Origin: the human T2T-CHM13v2.0 reference genome, Homo sapiens
Length of the DNA stretch: 64,000 nt
Assembly (NCBI RefSeq): GCF_009914755.1
Contig: NC_060934.1
Reading direction: 5' to 3' (one strand)
Part shown: positions 26,731-40,449 of the stretch, piece after piece
Numbering within the stretch: the first letter of the stretch is position 1
Layout: each line of letters begins with the position of its first letter
Program-made: the position numbers and the translations under genes
The notes under the pieces: generated by a model
Told to the model about the DNA's origin: nothing
The model's input: only the letters and a program-made list of their open reading frames with translations
The model's database searches: none

Positions 26731-29700
26731 GTGATGAAGGAATTAGATCTATTTTATCTTAAACAGCCTTTCAGTGGGGGCCAAAAGGCTGGTATTTTTG
26801 CCTCCACTTCACAAATATAAAAGTGACAACTCACAGGGGCTTGGAGATCCAGCTTAGGCCACATAGGGAGCAAGAAGCAGAGGTAGGACTCAAACTAGGT
26901 CTTTCCATTGCAAGTCCAAAGCCCTTCAACCAAGCCTTGCACCTCAGAGTAGGGAAAGTTGTGTTAAACGTTGTGACGTGAGGGGGTCTCAGATGGCTCA
27001 AACTGAACAGACACTTTTAGTACTGCCTGGAAATTTTTGTCACCAACATCACTCTTTGGGGTAAATGAATTTTTAGAAGGCCCTTAAAATGGCACATTTG
27101 CAGGGAGGATTTTAACATATGAACACATTAACAGCTCTTAATGTGCTGTTCTCAGGACAGCCCTGCTCACAGCTCCTTTTCATCAAACTTCCAGAGAAGA
27201 AATGACAAGTCATGAAGGATGCCAGAACGTGAGGAGGAGAGAGAGAGTGTCTTTTGTATGCTGAAAAATTTCACAGCTACCAATTAAATGTGCTTCGACC
27301 TAAGCAAATGGACTCCAGGACTGGAGTGGAATCGTGCAGCCAGCATGGCAGCTGATGGTCTCAATTAGGCTTAGGTTCTGCAGAGCCGGAATTGGAACAG
27401 GGAACCCCTACACGAGGCAGCAGGGGCAATGAGAATCAGAGGGCATGGCAAGTATCAAACTAGCACGACCAGAAAGGATGTCCCAAATACTAGAGGCCAC
27501 GGCAGGATTGGGGAAAGGAGATCACAGAACCAGACAGAAATGGAACAGAAGTGAGAAGGTTGGGAACAGGTAAAGGAGGCTGGAGGAATGGCAAGGAGGG
27601 TAGCAGAAGAAATATGACCACAAACAACCATAAATATTTATGACTAGTGTTCATGAGCCAATGAGTGCATGAGTTGGTCAGGAGTGGACCCAGCACCACG
27701 ACCATCTAGCTGTATGACCTTGGAAAAGATACTTTGCCTTTCTGAGTCTCACTTTGCTCATCTATTAAAATGCTGACTTGATTAAATCATTTTAAGATCT
27801 TCTCTAGATCTAAAACCAAATAAATTTTCTGCTCCGCTGTTGGAATCAGAGCTACCTTATACTTTTAACTCAAACCCCAAAGCAAAATCACACTCAAGAT
27901 TTTTTTTAAATCCATTTCTTATCTACATTAAGGAAACTGTCAGATGCTTAAGAAAAGAAATCACCCATTGATTTATTTCTTACCTTCTAAGCAGCTATTC
28001 CTTTTAGCAAGAATAAAAGTGAAACAAGCCAAGGGGTGGAAACAAAAGGGCATTTTAAATCTCTAAATTGAAACAGAAAAGGAGGAAAGGTTTAAAGGTA
28101 GCATAATAACAGCTTTTCTGTTTTCCCACTAAGTGCTTTTTATCTAAAAGGTTCACTCAGAATGCTAACAACAGAGCTTCAGAAATGCATCAAATGAAAC
28201 CATTGCCATGTCCAATAGCATTAATCTTCTCTGTGGTTCAGGAAGAATTAAAAATAACCCTAAGGAGTTGGCATCCCCTAGATGCTTTCCAAGTACACCT
28301 GTCCAGGTGTGCTGAGGCAAGGGCATCAGCCTGATTCATGCCACATTTCTGCCACAGCTCCACAAACTTCTTCTTAAGTGTGTCATACTCTGAAGTCACC
28401 GCTTGCTGCAAAGAGCACCAGTCAGTAAGCAACTGGATGAGAGTTCTTCTACCAAAGGAAGCTCACCATTGGAGACTTCATTTCCAAGACAATCCATCTA
28501 TACATCATATTTATGCTGATAATATTATTCTATTAAAAAATAAAACATGAAATTTCCCACATAATTAAAACTATGAGATTGGGTAAATTCTCCCTTCTGT
28601 GTGCTTTTTTCATTAGCCTATTCATTCCATTTATACAGAACTCTGTCCTATACGTTATATAAATTTATTCTATTTATACAAGTGAGCTAGCTGGCAGCAC
28701 TTGGAGCTAGTCATTCTATTTCAGTACTGGTCAGTTACATCTTTGATCAATATACCAAAAAGGAACTCTCTCATGCTTTTAAAAATATGAAAAAATGTGA
28801 ATAAAGGAGAACATTTGTAAACCATGTCTTAAATTCTTCAGGGACCTTCTCTCTAGACCATTGATGCAGCACCAGCAACATCTAATTCAACTGCCACTTC
28901 ATGAAGGTCTTGGGTGAGCATGAGCTGCTTTACTTTCTCTAGCTTCTGTTTCCACTCCACTTGGGAAACTTGCTCAAACTTATACAATAAGAGACCAGTT
29001 ATATAGGGTAAGCCACATTGCAATCTCATCAAAATCATCTTTGAAGTTTCATTTCCAAAAGAGCATCTGTAATTTTCAGCTCCCACACACTTAGTAATTA
29101 GAGATGCTACTCATCCGGAAGAAAATGACAAAGTTGACATTTCTACTGAAAAGTCACTGGAGCCAATGAATCTGTCTCCAAATGTATTGATTAAAAGAAG
29201 ATACTTTTGGATGGTGGTTGGCGGTAATCATTAATGCTAAAAATAATGTTTTCTCTCCATCAGTTATGCCAATTTCACTCGGGTCTCATCTTCTCTATTA
29301 AGACTTTTCTGATAGTGGGCTTTGCTTTCACTCAATATAATACAAAAAGTATACTCATTAAATGTTCAAATGACCTCAAGCAAATGGGGTTTGCTATACC
29401 ATGGGGATAGACCTAGAGTTCAAATTGGCAATGACAGATTGGATGGGCTGTCTAAATCCCAGCCACTGCATGCAAGGAGCACACACATACACAGCAGAGC
29501 CTCTGAGGAAGAGGGGAAAAAACTCAGTGTATCTTGGGTACTATGTCCTGCAATGGTCAAAAAGGTACACAGGCTCAGTCTGTCCCCAGAAAGTTCCTGT
29601 CTTACTCATAACCAGTGAAGAACGAAGTCAAGGCACAGAAAGTGAACCAAAATTTTTTTTTACTCCTTTTCAGTATCCTTTTAGTCAGGACTGTGGCATC

Positions 29701-30477
29701 TGCCCACATGAGTGTCCTGAAGACCTTTCTCCTGTTTTTTCCATCAACTCCCTTTCCCTACTAGTCTCCTCCCAGGTTCATTTTGAGCCTTCCTTTGTGT
29801 TGAAGGTTCATGGCTTTCTTCTTTCATGCAGTTGCTCCCTGACTCTTAATTAACAAGTCACAGATCCAGTTTTACTGACACTCCAAGAATCTGCCCTGGC
29901 AAGCAGTCTGGTCTGGGATGTTCACATCCATTGGTGTTAGTTACATCTATAAAGAAAAAAATCTTTCTTTTGTTAATGTAAGTCATCTCTCATCAGATAA
30001 CTTTGATGTATTATTATGCCCAAAAGAACCCCTGACCACCTTGACTGGAGGAGGAGTGGGAGAAAGGGAATGCTCTGCCCTGCCACACACACAAACCTGG
30101 AATCGGGTCTGGAACTGCCACTACCATTCATGTGCCTACAGGCAACACACTTCTCTCTGGGCCTCAGTCTCCCCATCTGCAAAATAATGGCTTAATCTCA
30201 GATCGCCAGATTCCCTTCCAGCCCTACTGTTCTCTAAATCTTGTCCCTGTATCGATCTTGCTCTTCTGCCCTTGGCCGACTCCACGCTCTCCAGCCCCTG
30301 AGAGTGCTATTCTCAGGCTGTTCATTACATCTGAGGGCAGAAATAGATCTCAGCCAAGTTCTAATCAGCCTCAGAAAGAAGGAATAACCAGACAAAACTC
30401 AAAGTTGTTATAATCTGTACTCTCCATTGTTCCAAAGAGGATTCATGTCAGTTTAGCATGATGCTTTTTAAAAACAC

Positions 30478-30631
30478 AGCCAGGCATAGCGACTCAGGCC
30501 TGTAATCCCAGCAACATGGGAGGCTGAGGGAGGAGGACTGGTTAAGCCCAGGAGTTTGAGGCTACAGTGAGCTATGATTGCTCTACTGCAGTCCAGCTTA
30601 GGTGACAGAACACGATTCATCTCTTAAAAAA
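30478..30631 (+). mobile_element. FRAM/FLAM-type Alu monomer
   Basis: Single monomer: cctgtaatcccagc...gcccaggagtttgaggctacagtgagctatgatt...ctcttaaaaaa. Confidence 0.8.
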
Positions 30632-30744
30632 GGGAGGGCAGGGGAACACATAAATCAGTAGAAGAAAAGAGAAAGCAGTGATAGGGACATAGATGGAACC
30701 TGAAATACACCACAAGAAACAAATAATAAACCCATCTTTATCAA

Positions 30745-32040
30745 TTCATTTTAATATTAAAATATTTAACTGACAAAAATTGTATATATTCAAGATGTGC
30801 AACATGATGATTTGACATACATATACATTGTCTAATTATCACAGTCAAATTAATATCACCTCCATCAGCATCCATAGTTACCATTTGGTGGCGGTAAGCC
30901 AATAAGGACACTTAAAATGATCTCTTATCAAATTTCAAGTAAACAATATAGTATTGTTAATTACCATTACCATGCTGTGCATTAGACTCCTAGAACTATT
31001 CATCTTACAAGTGAAAGTTTGTGCCTTTTGACCAACATCTCACCATTTTCCCTACCTCCCATCCCCTAGGCAACCACCATTTTACTCTTTGCTTCTATGA
31101 GTTTGACTTCTTTTAGATTCCACATATAACTGTGGTCATACATTTGTCTTCTAGTTTCTGGCTTATTTCACTTAGCTTAATGTCCTCCAAGTTCATCCAT
31201 ATTATCACAAATGGCAACATTTTCTTCTTGTTCATGGCTGAATAATAGTTCATTGTATATATAACATATTTTCTTTATCCTTCCATCTTTGATGAACACT
31301 TTGGTTGTTTAGATATTTTGGCTATTCTGAATAATGTTCAATGAACATGGGGGTGGACACATCTCTTCAAGATACTGATTTTATTCCCTTTGGATATATA
31401 CCCCAAAGTGGGATTGCTGATCAGACAGTTCTATTTAATTTTTTGAGGAATCCCTGTATCATTTTCCATAATAGCTGTACCACTTTACATTCCCACCAAC
31501 AATGTAGAAGGGTTCCCTTTCCTCCACACCCTTGCCAACACTTGTTATTTCTTGCCATGTTGATAATAGCCTTCCTGACAGGTGTGAAGTGATATCTCAT
31601 GGTTTTGATTTGCATTTCCCTGATGATTACTGATATTGACTATTTCTTCATAGATCTGTTGGTCATATGTATGTCTTCTTTGGGAAAATGTCCATTTAGG
31701 TTCTTGGCCCCTCTTTTTTAGTTCTTTATTTGATCTCTTGCTATTGAATTTTGTGAGTTCCTCATGTATTTTGAATATCAACCACTTATTAGATGTATGG
31801 TTTGCAAATATTTTCTTATTCCGCAGGTTGCCTTTTTCACATTGATTGTTTCATTTGCTGTACAAAGCTTTTTAGTTTGATATAGTCCCATTTGTTAATT
31901 TTTGCTTTTGTTGCCTAGGCTTTTGACATATTTTAAAAAATCACTGCCAAGACTAATGTCAAGAAGCTTTTCCTCTATATTTTCTTCAAGGAGTTTTACA
32001 GTGTTAGGTCTTACATTAAATCTTTAGTCCATTTAGAGTT
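30745..32040 (-). mobile_element. L1MA 3' fragment (ORF2 C-terminus plus 3'UTR)
   Basis: The ORF at 31421-31615 translates as L1 ORF2 C-terminus ([14 protein letters not shown]...[19 protein letters not shown]); L1MA-type 3'UTR; disrupted. Confidence 0.92.
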
Positions 32041-32767
32041 CATGCCTTTTGCCAAGTCTGTGAGTGAGCCGTATATTTGGCTCTGAGCTCTCTAGTAGCC
32101 AAAGGGAAAAGGGAAATCCAGTGAGACTTCCTCTTCCCTGAAGGCTCTTTCCTCTATTTCACACTGCCTTTTGGCTGTTCTTACTAAACTGCTCAAAGCT
32201 AATAGTCATTCTCTGAAGTGGTATTGATTAATGAGGCTAAAACTCTTCAGTCTTTGACTAACTTTCAGCTCAGGAAGGAAACAGAAACCATAGCCTAGAA
32301 CACTACCCCTGTGTCATATCATGGGTAGAACAATGTTGATCCTTCTTTGCATCCCTGCCAGGGAAAACTACAGAGAAACATCGGTTCATTGCAGTTTTTC
32401 CAGGTTTTCCTGTAATGTCTTACTCACTGGCATAAGAATTGAAAGCTGATTGCTGAAAACATGTTTCTCACTCTGTTTCTTTATAATACAAAAGCCTCCA
32501 TGTGTTCTAAAAAGAGCCTTTGATGCATAATTAAATAAACACCTGGCTTCTCAAAAAGAGACACCTTTTCTCAGCAGGGCAAGGACTATTTCCAAACAGT
32601 TAAAATCAAAGCATCAGAGGAAACAAGTTCTACCTTCTCCTCAAAGAGCAGCCACTGACAGGAATGTTACTGGAGTGAGAAACCCGGCAGAGGGATAACT
32701 TTTCAGGAGTCTGGGAGACAGTGTGGTACTCTAGAAATAAATCTTTTAGTATCATTATATTTAAATA

Positions 32768-33459
32768 CAGTAATCCCTCTTATCCACAGGGAATGTCCCA
32801 AGACCCCCAGTGGATGCCTGAAACCCCAGATAATACCAAACTGGATTGCTGTCCATCAGAACACGTGTCTGTTCATATCTTCCACCCTCAAATTTAGTGC
32901 CTTTTCCATCTTAACTGAGAATTTGTCATACACTATGGTCATAATTTTGCAGTTGAGGTGCCACAAAGGTAGCATGAGTTTCTTTTTCCTTCTTTACAAT
33001 TTCAAGAGAGAAGATTTGTTCTTACTATAGATCTTAGCAACCTCCATATACGATTATTTTCCTTCCTTAAGTGAAGAACTTTCACTTTTTCACTTAAAAG
33101 GAGCACTCTACAGCTTCTCTATGACATATCTGAAGGGCCAGCATCACCACTCTTGCCATCACTTTGGAGACATTATTGAGTAAAATAAGTGTGGCTTGAA
33201 CACAAGCGCTTTGATGCCACAACTGTTGATCTGGTCACTGAGGCAGCTACTAAGTGACCCATGGGTGGGCAGTGTCTACAACAGGACAAAGGGGGAATCT
33301 GTGTCCTGGGTGATTTCATCACGGTCTAGTACTCAGAGTGGTATACAATTTAAAACTTATGAATCGCTTATTTCTGAAAGTTTTCATTTAATATTTTCAG
33401 ACCATGGTGGACCGTGGACAACCATGAAAAGCAAAACCTTGGATTGCGGGGGACTACTG
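32768..33459 (-). mobile_element. MER44 (Tigger7-derived non-autonomous DNA transposon)
   Basis: TIRs cagtaatccctcttatcc / ggattgcgggggactactg, TA TSD, internal caatttaaaacttatgaa...atattttcagacc. Confidence 0.88.
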
Positions 33460-35218
33460 TAATGGCCCACAGTTTCCAAAGTATTTATATATATCCTATC
33501 TGTCACAAAATCTCTGTGAGGTGGGAAAAGGTAGTGTTATATCCCCAGAAAATGGGGATAAATCTAAAACTGATTAAGGAAGTCCTTAGAGATGGGTCAC
33601 ATAGCCATGAGTCCTGTCTTCTAATTTCAAGTATAGTAGAAAGCCCTGAGGTATGGGAGTTGAAGAGTGAAGCCCTGGATCTGCCTCCCACTAACTAGTT
33701 GTGTGACCTCAAGCAAGTCACTTTCTCTTCAACTGGGAGCAGGGAAGGAGGCAAAATGTGATTCCACCATCACTAGTGGGCAAACTTAAAGCTCATTCCT
33801 AGAGCCCATCTCTGTCTGTCTATGTGTCTTCTCAGGTCCCTGTCTTCATTGGGACATTGACTTCAGTGTTTCCTTCTCATAGTTGCTCCTCCTAGTATTT
33901 ATAGAAGAACAGAACCAGACTCATTTAACTTATTTATCTACAAGGTACAATCACACATGGGCAACTTCAGCCCTGGCTGCCTCTGCCATCCATGAATGAC
34001 TTTAACATGAGGCAATTGGGTTATACATGCAGGATGGTAGGAACATTTTGTCTAGATAAAAATCATCTTTTCATCTACTTAAATCTTCTTTTGCACATAA
34101 ACAAGATAATGATGCCCCCCAACTGCTCCAAGAGATTCCTTGCCACTTAAGGTAGCAAACCCCAGTTAGCATTCTCTGGTGTAACTATTTGTGAATGAAA
34201 AGCATGTAGCTCCTATTATGTCCTTTAGGCATCTTTTGAAATTAGAAAAGCCAGAACAGCCTCCCCCCTTGCCTCACCTCCCCACAGTAATTACAAATGA
34301 GAGCAGCTTTATCCTGTAGGCAGTACACCACCTGCCCCTACCCATCCCATGCCCACCCCCAAATCACCACCATCCAAGACCCATCAGGACCAAGGCAAGA
34401 GAAAGAGATTGTCCCTCACTCCCTAGCCTCATGCCCTCAGTGCTGTATTGCAGCCACTATAACCTGATGATGAATGTTGTTTTGAAAACCTGCTTCATTC
34501 CCAAAGAAGGTCTCTGGATGTTCCCATTAATACAGTAAAGAAAGGCCAGAAAGGACTGTAGATCCTGCAGCCCCTAAATTCAGCGTGGGCCAGTTTAGAA
34601 TTACTTGTCAGGAAGAGTACCATTTCTACTTCTTGGCCATGTTTACTTCACGGCCCAGTTTAATCTTTCTCTGTAAATGGAATGTGTTTTCATCAGTTCT
34701 TCTCAGGAGCTGCCCTTCTATGAAATGATACACTCTAGTTAATGTACTGGAGCTAGTCTTTGATGGAAACTAAGAATCACCCTTCTTCTTTGCATTGTCT
34801 ATTTAGCAATGCCAATGGCAAGCTATAGAACAAGAACTAAGAGTAGATTACAACCTATTGTTTCCTATGGTCATATTAACCTTAAAACTCAGAAAACAAT
34901 GAATTTCAAACTGATGCTCCTTTAAAAGAACTACTGTGAAAATCTTTGGGATGTCTTCCTAGCATTCCAAGGGGAAAGCACTTTTGTTGCATTACAGCAA
35001 CAATTCCATTGTTCCTGCTGAAATAATAATTTGTACACAATACTGCCAATCATGTCCCAAAGTGAGGCAGGCAGGCCTACAATCTCCTACAGTGAGAGTA
35101 TAGCCACAAACTGTGTGTGTGTGTGTGTTCAAAACTTGTTCACTGTCAATGCGTCTCTGTAGCCAAGGGAACTGTCTACCAGACTGACTTTAGCATCCAC
35201 ACATTTATAATTTACCAT

Positions 35219-35699
35219 TGTGACAGCATAAGCTGTTCACGCATTACCCAGATCCCCTTTACAGGCTGGTGCGGTAACGCTCCTCCCAGTCTCCAACTGG
35301 GAGCGTTGGCTGCAAATGGCTCACAGCTGTCACCCTTTCCTTAAGAATAATCCTTATCAACAGGAACCATTTTCTCCAGCAATCCCGTAGAGATTACCCA
35401 AAGCACAATACTGCAAGGAATGGGGCAGGGAGAAGACTGCTGCCATTGACTGAACAATATGTGTATTAGAAGCTGGCTGCCTTACCTCCCCAGGGACGAC
35501 ACTGGGATGCTTCTCATGCTCCAGAGCTCCTTCTGTCATCACACTGAGGCTAGGATCCTACATCTTCATCCAGGTTCTTCCCTAGTCTTCTCCTGCTTCC
35601 CTGGCTCCTTTAAGGACCATACTTGAGAGCACTCACTCAAGAAATCACTTGCATACGAATTTTGTCTGACTCTGCTTCTAGGAAACCCAACCTAAGACA
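35219..35699 (+). mobile_element. LTR16-family ERVL LTR
   Basis: tggctcacagctg...gctccagagctcc...aaatcacttgca...ctctgcttctaggaaacccaacctaagaca. Confidence 0.7.
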
Positions 35700-36289
35700 T
35701 TGAGTAAGGAGCAAGTCTAAGCACAGAAAATCACACCTGGATGCAAATGATGGCAGCCTCTTCCTTGTGACATGCATGTCTCTTATTTTCATCCATTGGT
35801 GCTATTTGGTCATCAAAGAACAACAGTAACAATGGAGTTTAAGGATTCGGTGTCTGTTGATAGGCACATAGCCCACATCTTACATAACCAGCAGGGATTA
35901 TGCTCTAAGGAACGATTGCTATGGAAAATATGTCTTAGGAATATATGTACTTGCATAAGGTTTTTAAGAAGGTACTACTGATTTCCAAGTAAAAACAAAG
36001 TTCACTCATTTAACTGCAGGTGGAATAGACTTAAGGTTAGGGCAGATGTATATTTAACTATTGGGAAGCCTGATCAAACATTGAGGAATCCCATGTACAA
36101 AGTTTTGTACAAGTCCCTTGCATTTGAACAATTTGTCCAAACTAGATTTCCAAGTCTGAATTCCACTCAGGAATATAAATACGTGTTAATTTTTTTGCAG
36201 CAAAGTTTGTAAATAGTTTGAGTACCAGACTCTAAGCTCCTTGAAGACTGAACTTGTTTCAGATATATATGTCAATCCTCTTGAAATGG

Positions 36290-36820
36290 GTATCTACTAT
36301 TTTTGGCCTGTCCAGCATCTATTCTACCTTCCAGTAGCAGAATCTTAATTGTCCCTTGTAAATTACCTTTCTCAACTTTCAGCCTGAGTGGCTCTGGTGA
36401 AGTTAGCATCATTCCCCAGATCCAGGAATAACTCAGGGCTAGGAAAAGTGACTTTCATATTCCTTGGTAACAATGGTTGGTTCAGGGATGGGCCCATGAG
36501 CCAAGCTTGGACAATCAGAGCTTATAAAAGTCAGTTTGAGTTTGATGCTGGAATAATTGAAAAGAATTTTGTTTCTTCTATATTTTTGAAGCTTATAGAA
36601 TGTAGGCCTGCAGATGCCGGTGCCATATTTGCATAACAATGAGACACCCTACAGGAGAATAAAGTCAATACAGAAGCAAGCACACCTGAAAGATTTTAAA
36701 AAAAAAAAAAATTTTTTTCTGAACATAGTTCTGGTATTCCCATGACAAACAGCAATAAATTTTTTAAAGTCTAGGTCATTTTGAGTTGGATTGCTGTCAG
36801 TTCCAATCAGATAGCACAAC
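36290..36820 (+). mobile_element. MLT1K/L-like MaLR LTR
   Basis: tggttggttcagggatgggcccatgagccaagc...caatcagag...aataaat...ttgagttggatt. Confidence 0.6.
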
Positions 36821-37940
36821 TAAGGTCTAAATCCATGATAGTCATTTCATACATGTCTTAGGTAAGTTTACGTTAATCAGAATGTTTCAGTAACTTATTA
36901 ACAAGTAGACAAATACTGTTAACCTACAGCAATTGCATCTAATGTAACAAATATCTATTGATTGCTTACTCTGGGCCAGATACAGGACTGGGATCTTTGA
37001 AGGATTCCAGGAAGATTAAGACATGATTCCCTTCCCTTAAAACATTTATAATACTTGTAGCTTCCAAGAGAAACCCATTAGATTTTAATGGTAGTCTGTT
37101 GTACTAATCTCCATTGGAAATAGCACATGGACATCAATTTGCAAGTTTATGTTGAGAAATGTTTTATTAAAAACCCAGTGGAGAAATAGGTGATTCAAGT
37201 TGTTTCCTGGATCTAAATCATAAATTGTTGTACCAAGCCATAGATGATGACTCCATTGGGACACAGACATGTATTTTTAAACTTTTGAGATTGGAGAGTA
37301 GCTTGAATAGAACAACCAAAAAGAACAGCCTGTCCTGTTGAATGACTCACTTGAGAAACTTTCATTTTTGTGGCATTTCAAAGCAGAATTTTCAGACTTA
37401 AAATTTGGATTGCTTTAAAAGTAGATGTGATATTTGGGTAACTTCATTTTGATGACAAACCAGGTCACCACATCATAGATATGATGCCCTCTGTTTTCAT
37501 CAACCTTTTTGATAGTCATTAAATCTATTTTTCTAAGATTTGGATAAACTCATGAGCAACAGAGACATGAGTTACTAGTGGCAATATCCTACTTTTACAT
37601 GGCACTTTCCTGCTTATGAAAGCATTTTAACATGTCTCATCTCCTCAGAAGTTTGGTGTCAATTCCTAAATATATCTAAATGGTTACTTATCTTTGGATG
37701 GGATGTTTTTTATTTTGCTCACTTTTATTGCCTTTTCTAAATTTCTGCTCCCCTAAGAGAGGCTCACACAATTTACCACTCACTTGAATTTTGTAATAGC
37801 CTCATAACTTATTCCCATTTCTTGGTTTTTATTCTCAATATTCCTCATGCATAGTTCTGATCATGTTTTTTCCCCAGCTCTGGTGTTCCATGCTTAATAG
37901 GCTAAATCCAGACATCTTAGCTAGTCATTTAATGGTCCGT

Positions 37941-38270
<330 letters not shown>

Positions 38271-39099
38271 CATTTTACATTTTCAATACCAACTCCTACC
38301 ACCCTTCACTCTGACCAGTTTCACAGAAGAAGAGAAAGTTGGTATTACTGAAAGAAGGATGTATCTTAACGGGAAGATAGAAGTAGAAGCATATTCCTGA
38401 AGGAAGGACATGGGCAGAAATCATATGAGTAAAAAGACTCAACGTGCACCCAAGAAGGTTAAGGAGGTCAATTTGCCCAGAACCAAGCCCTGGAGAGATG
38501 GTGATACCCGCAGAGACGTGTCAGCTCTAATATTCCTCAGTTCTACTCAATAACTCAATACTCAATAGCTCAATCTAAACACTTGAATGCCCCTGAAGGA
38601 ACAAAAAAAAAAAAAAAGGAACAGAAAGGAGATACAAATCTCTAACTACAGAATGGCTAGGGCTTTAGCCCACAAAGCTAGAAAAGGTAACTCAGAGGGA
38701 GAACCTCTCCAGGGCTCGCAAGTTCACGAGGGCTGAGCCTTACGGTAGAGCCCAGAGCCCAGCTCCAAGCACAGTTTTGTCTCCCAAGACTGTAGTCATC
38801 TCTTTGGTAAAGCCCAGAGGGCAGGCCAAGATGGCACTAACGTCCCACTAGCAAAGGCTGGGTTGGTCCCCAGGTTCTGAAATCATTTCAGTCGTACACA
38901 CTATGGCCAGCCACTAGCTGCTGTAGTAGGAGAGAAACTGCAGCATATGAGATTTTTTTTAACATCTAGTAACAGAGCAAACTATATTTCCAAGAATGCA
39001 TATCTAATATCGTTCAACAGCAGGTGGCTTGGAGGAACTAATAAGTGACTCCAGTGAAAAGCCTGTGAGAGATGTGAGTGTTCAACTCAGGCAAGTCCA

Positions 39100-39262
39100 C
39101 ACCTGTGCTGGGCTGGTTATGCCCAAGTTCCCGGGAAGCTTGTTAAAAATACACATTTCCAGGACCCCACCTCACAAACTCAAATTCAGTAAACCTGGGG
39201 TGACGCCCCAAATTGCAAACTGTTAACACGGTTTCAGGTGATTTAGATACCCAGCCATCTTT
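39100..39262. mobile_element. MER5A-like fragment
   Basis: gggaagcttgttaaaaatacac...aattcagtaaacctgggg...caggtgatt. Confidence 0.6.
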
Positions 39263-39391
39263 GCAAGACAGAACAAACCTACTTTACAAGTTGCCCTAGC
39301 AGAGGACGCTGCTCTCCCTCACCCCAGCTCCCTTGCTCATTGGGCTGCTGATGAGTCTACTAGGCACCAGCTGTTTATCAGTTCCTCTAGA

Positions 39392-39958
39392 GCAGTGGGT
39401 CCCAAGCTGTATGCACTTAAGAATCACTTAGGAGTCAAAGTTTCAAAGTCCAGGCCTTTCCCCACCCCAATTAAATCACAGTTGTGGGGAAAAGTGTTGT
39501 ATTAGTTTATTCTCACATGACTATAAACGACTACGTGAAATTGGGTAATTTATAAAGAAAAGAAGTTTAAGCGGCTTACAGTTCTGCAGGCCGTACAGGC
39601 TTCTGCTTCTAGGGAGGCTTGGGGAAACTTGAAATCTTGGCTGAAGGGAAAGGTGAAACCGGGACATCTCACGTGGCCAGAGCAGACGGAAATGAGCAAA
39701 GCGGGAGGTGCTACATGCTTTTAAACAACCAGATCTCGTGAGAACTCACTCACTATCACGAGACCAGCAAGGGGAAAATCCGCCCCTTCGATCTAATCGC
39801 TTCCCACCAGACCCCTCCTTCAACATTGGGGATTACAATTTGACATGAGATTTGGGCCGGAACACAAATCCAAACTATATCGGGTGTTCACACATGTCAA
39901 GAGTTGTTTAAGCTCCCCAGATGGTTCCAACTTACAGATAGGTCTGGGAGCTGCTGCT
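39392..39958. mobile_element. MER5A split by an MSTA insertion
   Basis: cagtgggtcccaag...aagaatcactt...ccaattaaatca | ...ttaagctccccagatggttccaa. Confidence 0.55.
39498..39882 (-). mobile_element. MSTA MaLR solo LTR
   Basis: tgtattagt...ggtaatttataaagaaaaga...ttttaaacaaccagatctcgtgagaactcactcactatcacgag...caaatccaaactatatc; 5-bp TSD agtgt/ggtgt. Confidence 0.9.
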
Positions 39959-39964
39959 GATCTA

Positions 39965-40150
39965 TAGTGTTGCTGCTCAGATAGGGGTCCACAGACCAGC
40001 AGCAGCAGCGGCGTCACCTCAGCGTCACTTAGCACCTTGCAAGAAATGCAGAATCTTGGGCCGCACCACAGCAGTAATGAATTAAAATCTACATCTTAAC
40101 AAATCTCCATGTAATGTGTGCACACATTCCAGTTTTAAAAGCCCAGTTCT
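39965..40150. mobile_element. MER5B-like hAT MITE
   Basis: ggtccacagaccagcagca...gaaatgcagaatcttgggcc...ttaacaaatctcca.gtaat...gcacacatt. Confidence 0.7.
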
Positions 40151-40449
40151 ATCGATTTTAATCCATTTGTTTGTGAATATCAAGGTCAGTTCTTAAGTAG
40201 ACAGGGAAAAGAAAGACAGCACTCCCCAGCAGACAAGCAAGTTCACAGAAGCCATCCCGAAAGAAATCATGTTTAAATGCCTAATGACTACAGGAAGATC
40301 CAGTCTGTCCCCCCAGTTATTCAGCACTTACAGACACCACATGCTCGTTCTGACATTTCTATTTGGTAACTGTCAAAGCTAAAAAAGCCTTGCACATGTT
40401 GATTCGTTGGTGGGGCTCATCCTCAGCCAGCCTAGCCTGCTTAGCTATG

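Noticed and set aside
31341-31781. L1 ORF2 C-terminal peptides
   Set aside because: Real L1 homology, but frameshifted and 5'-truncated, so not a functional CDS.
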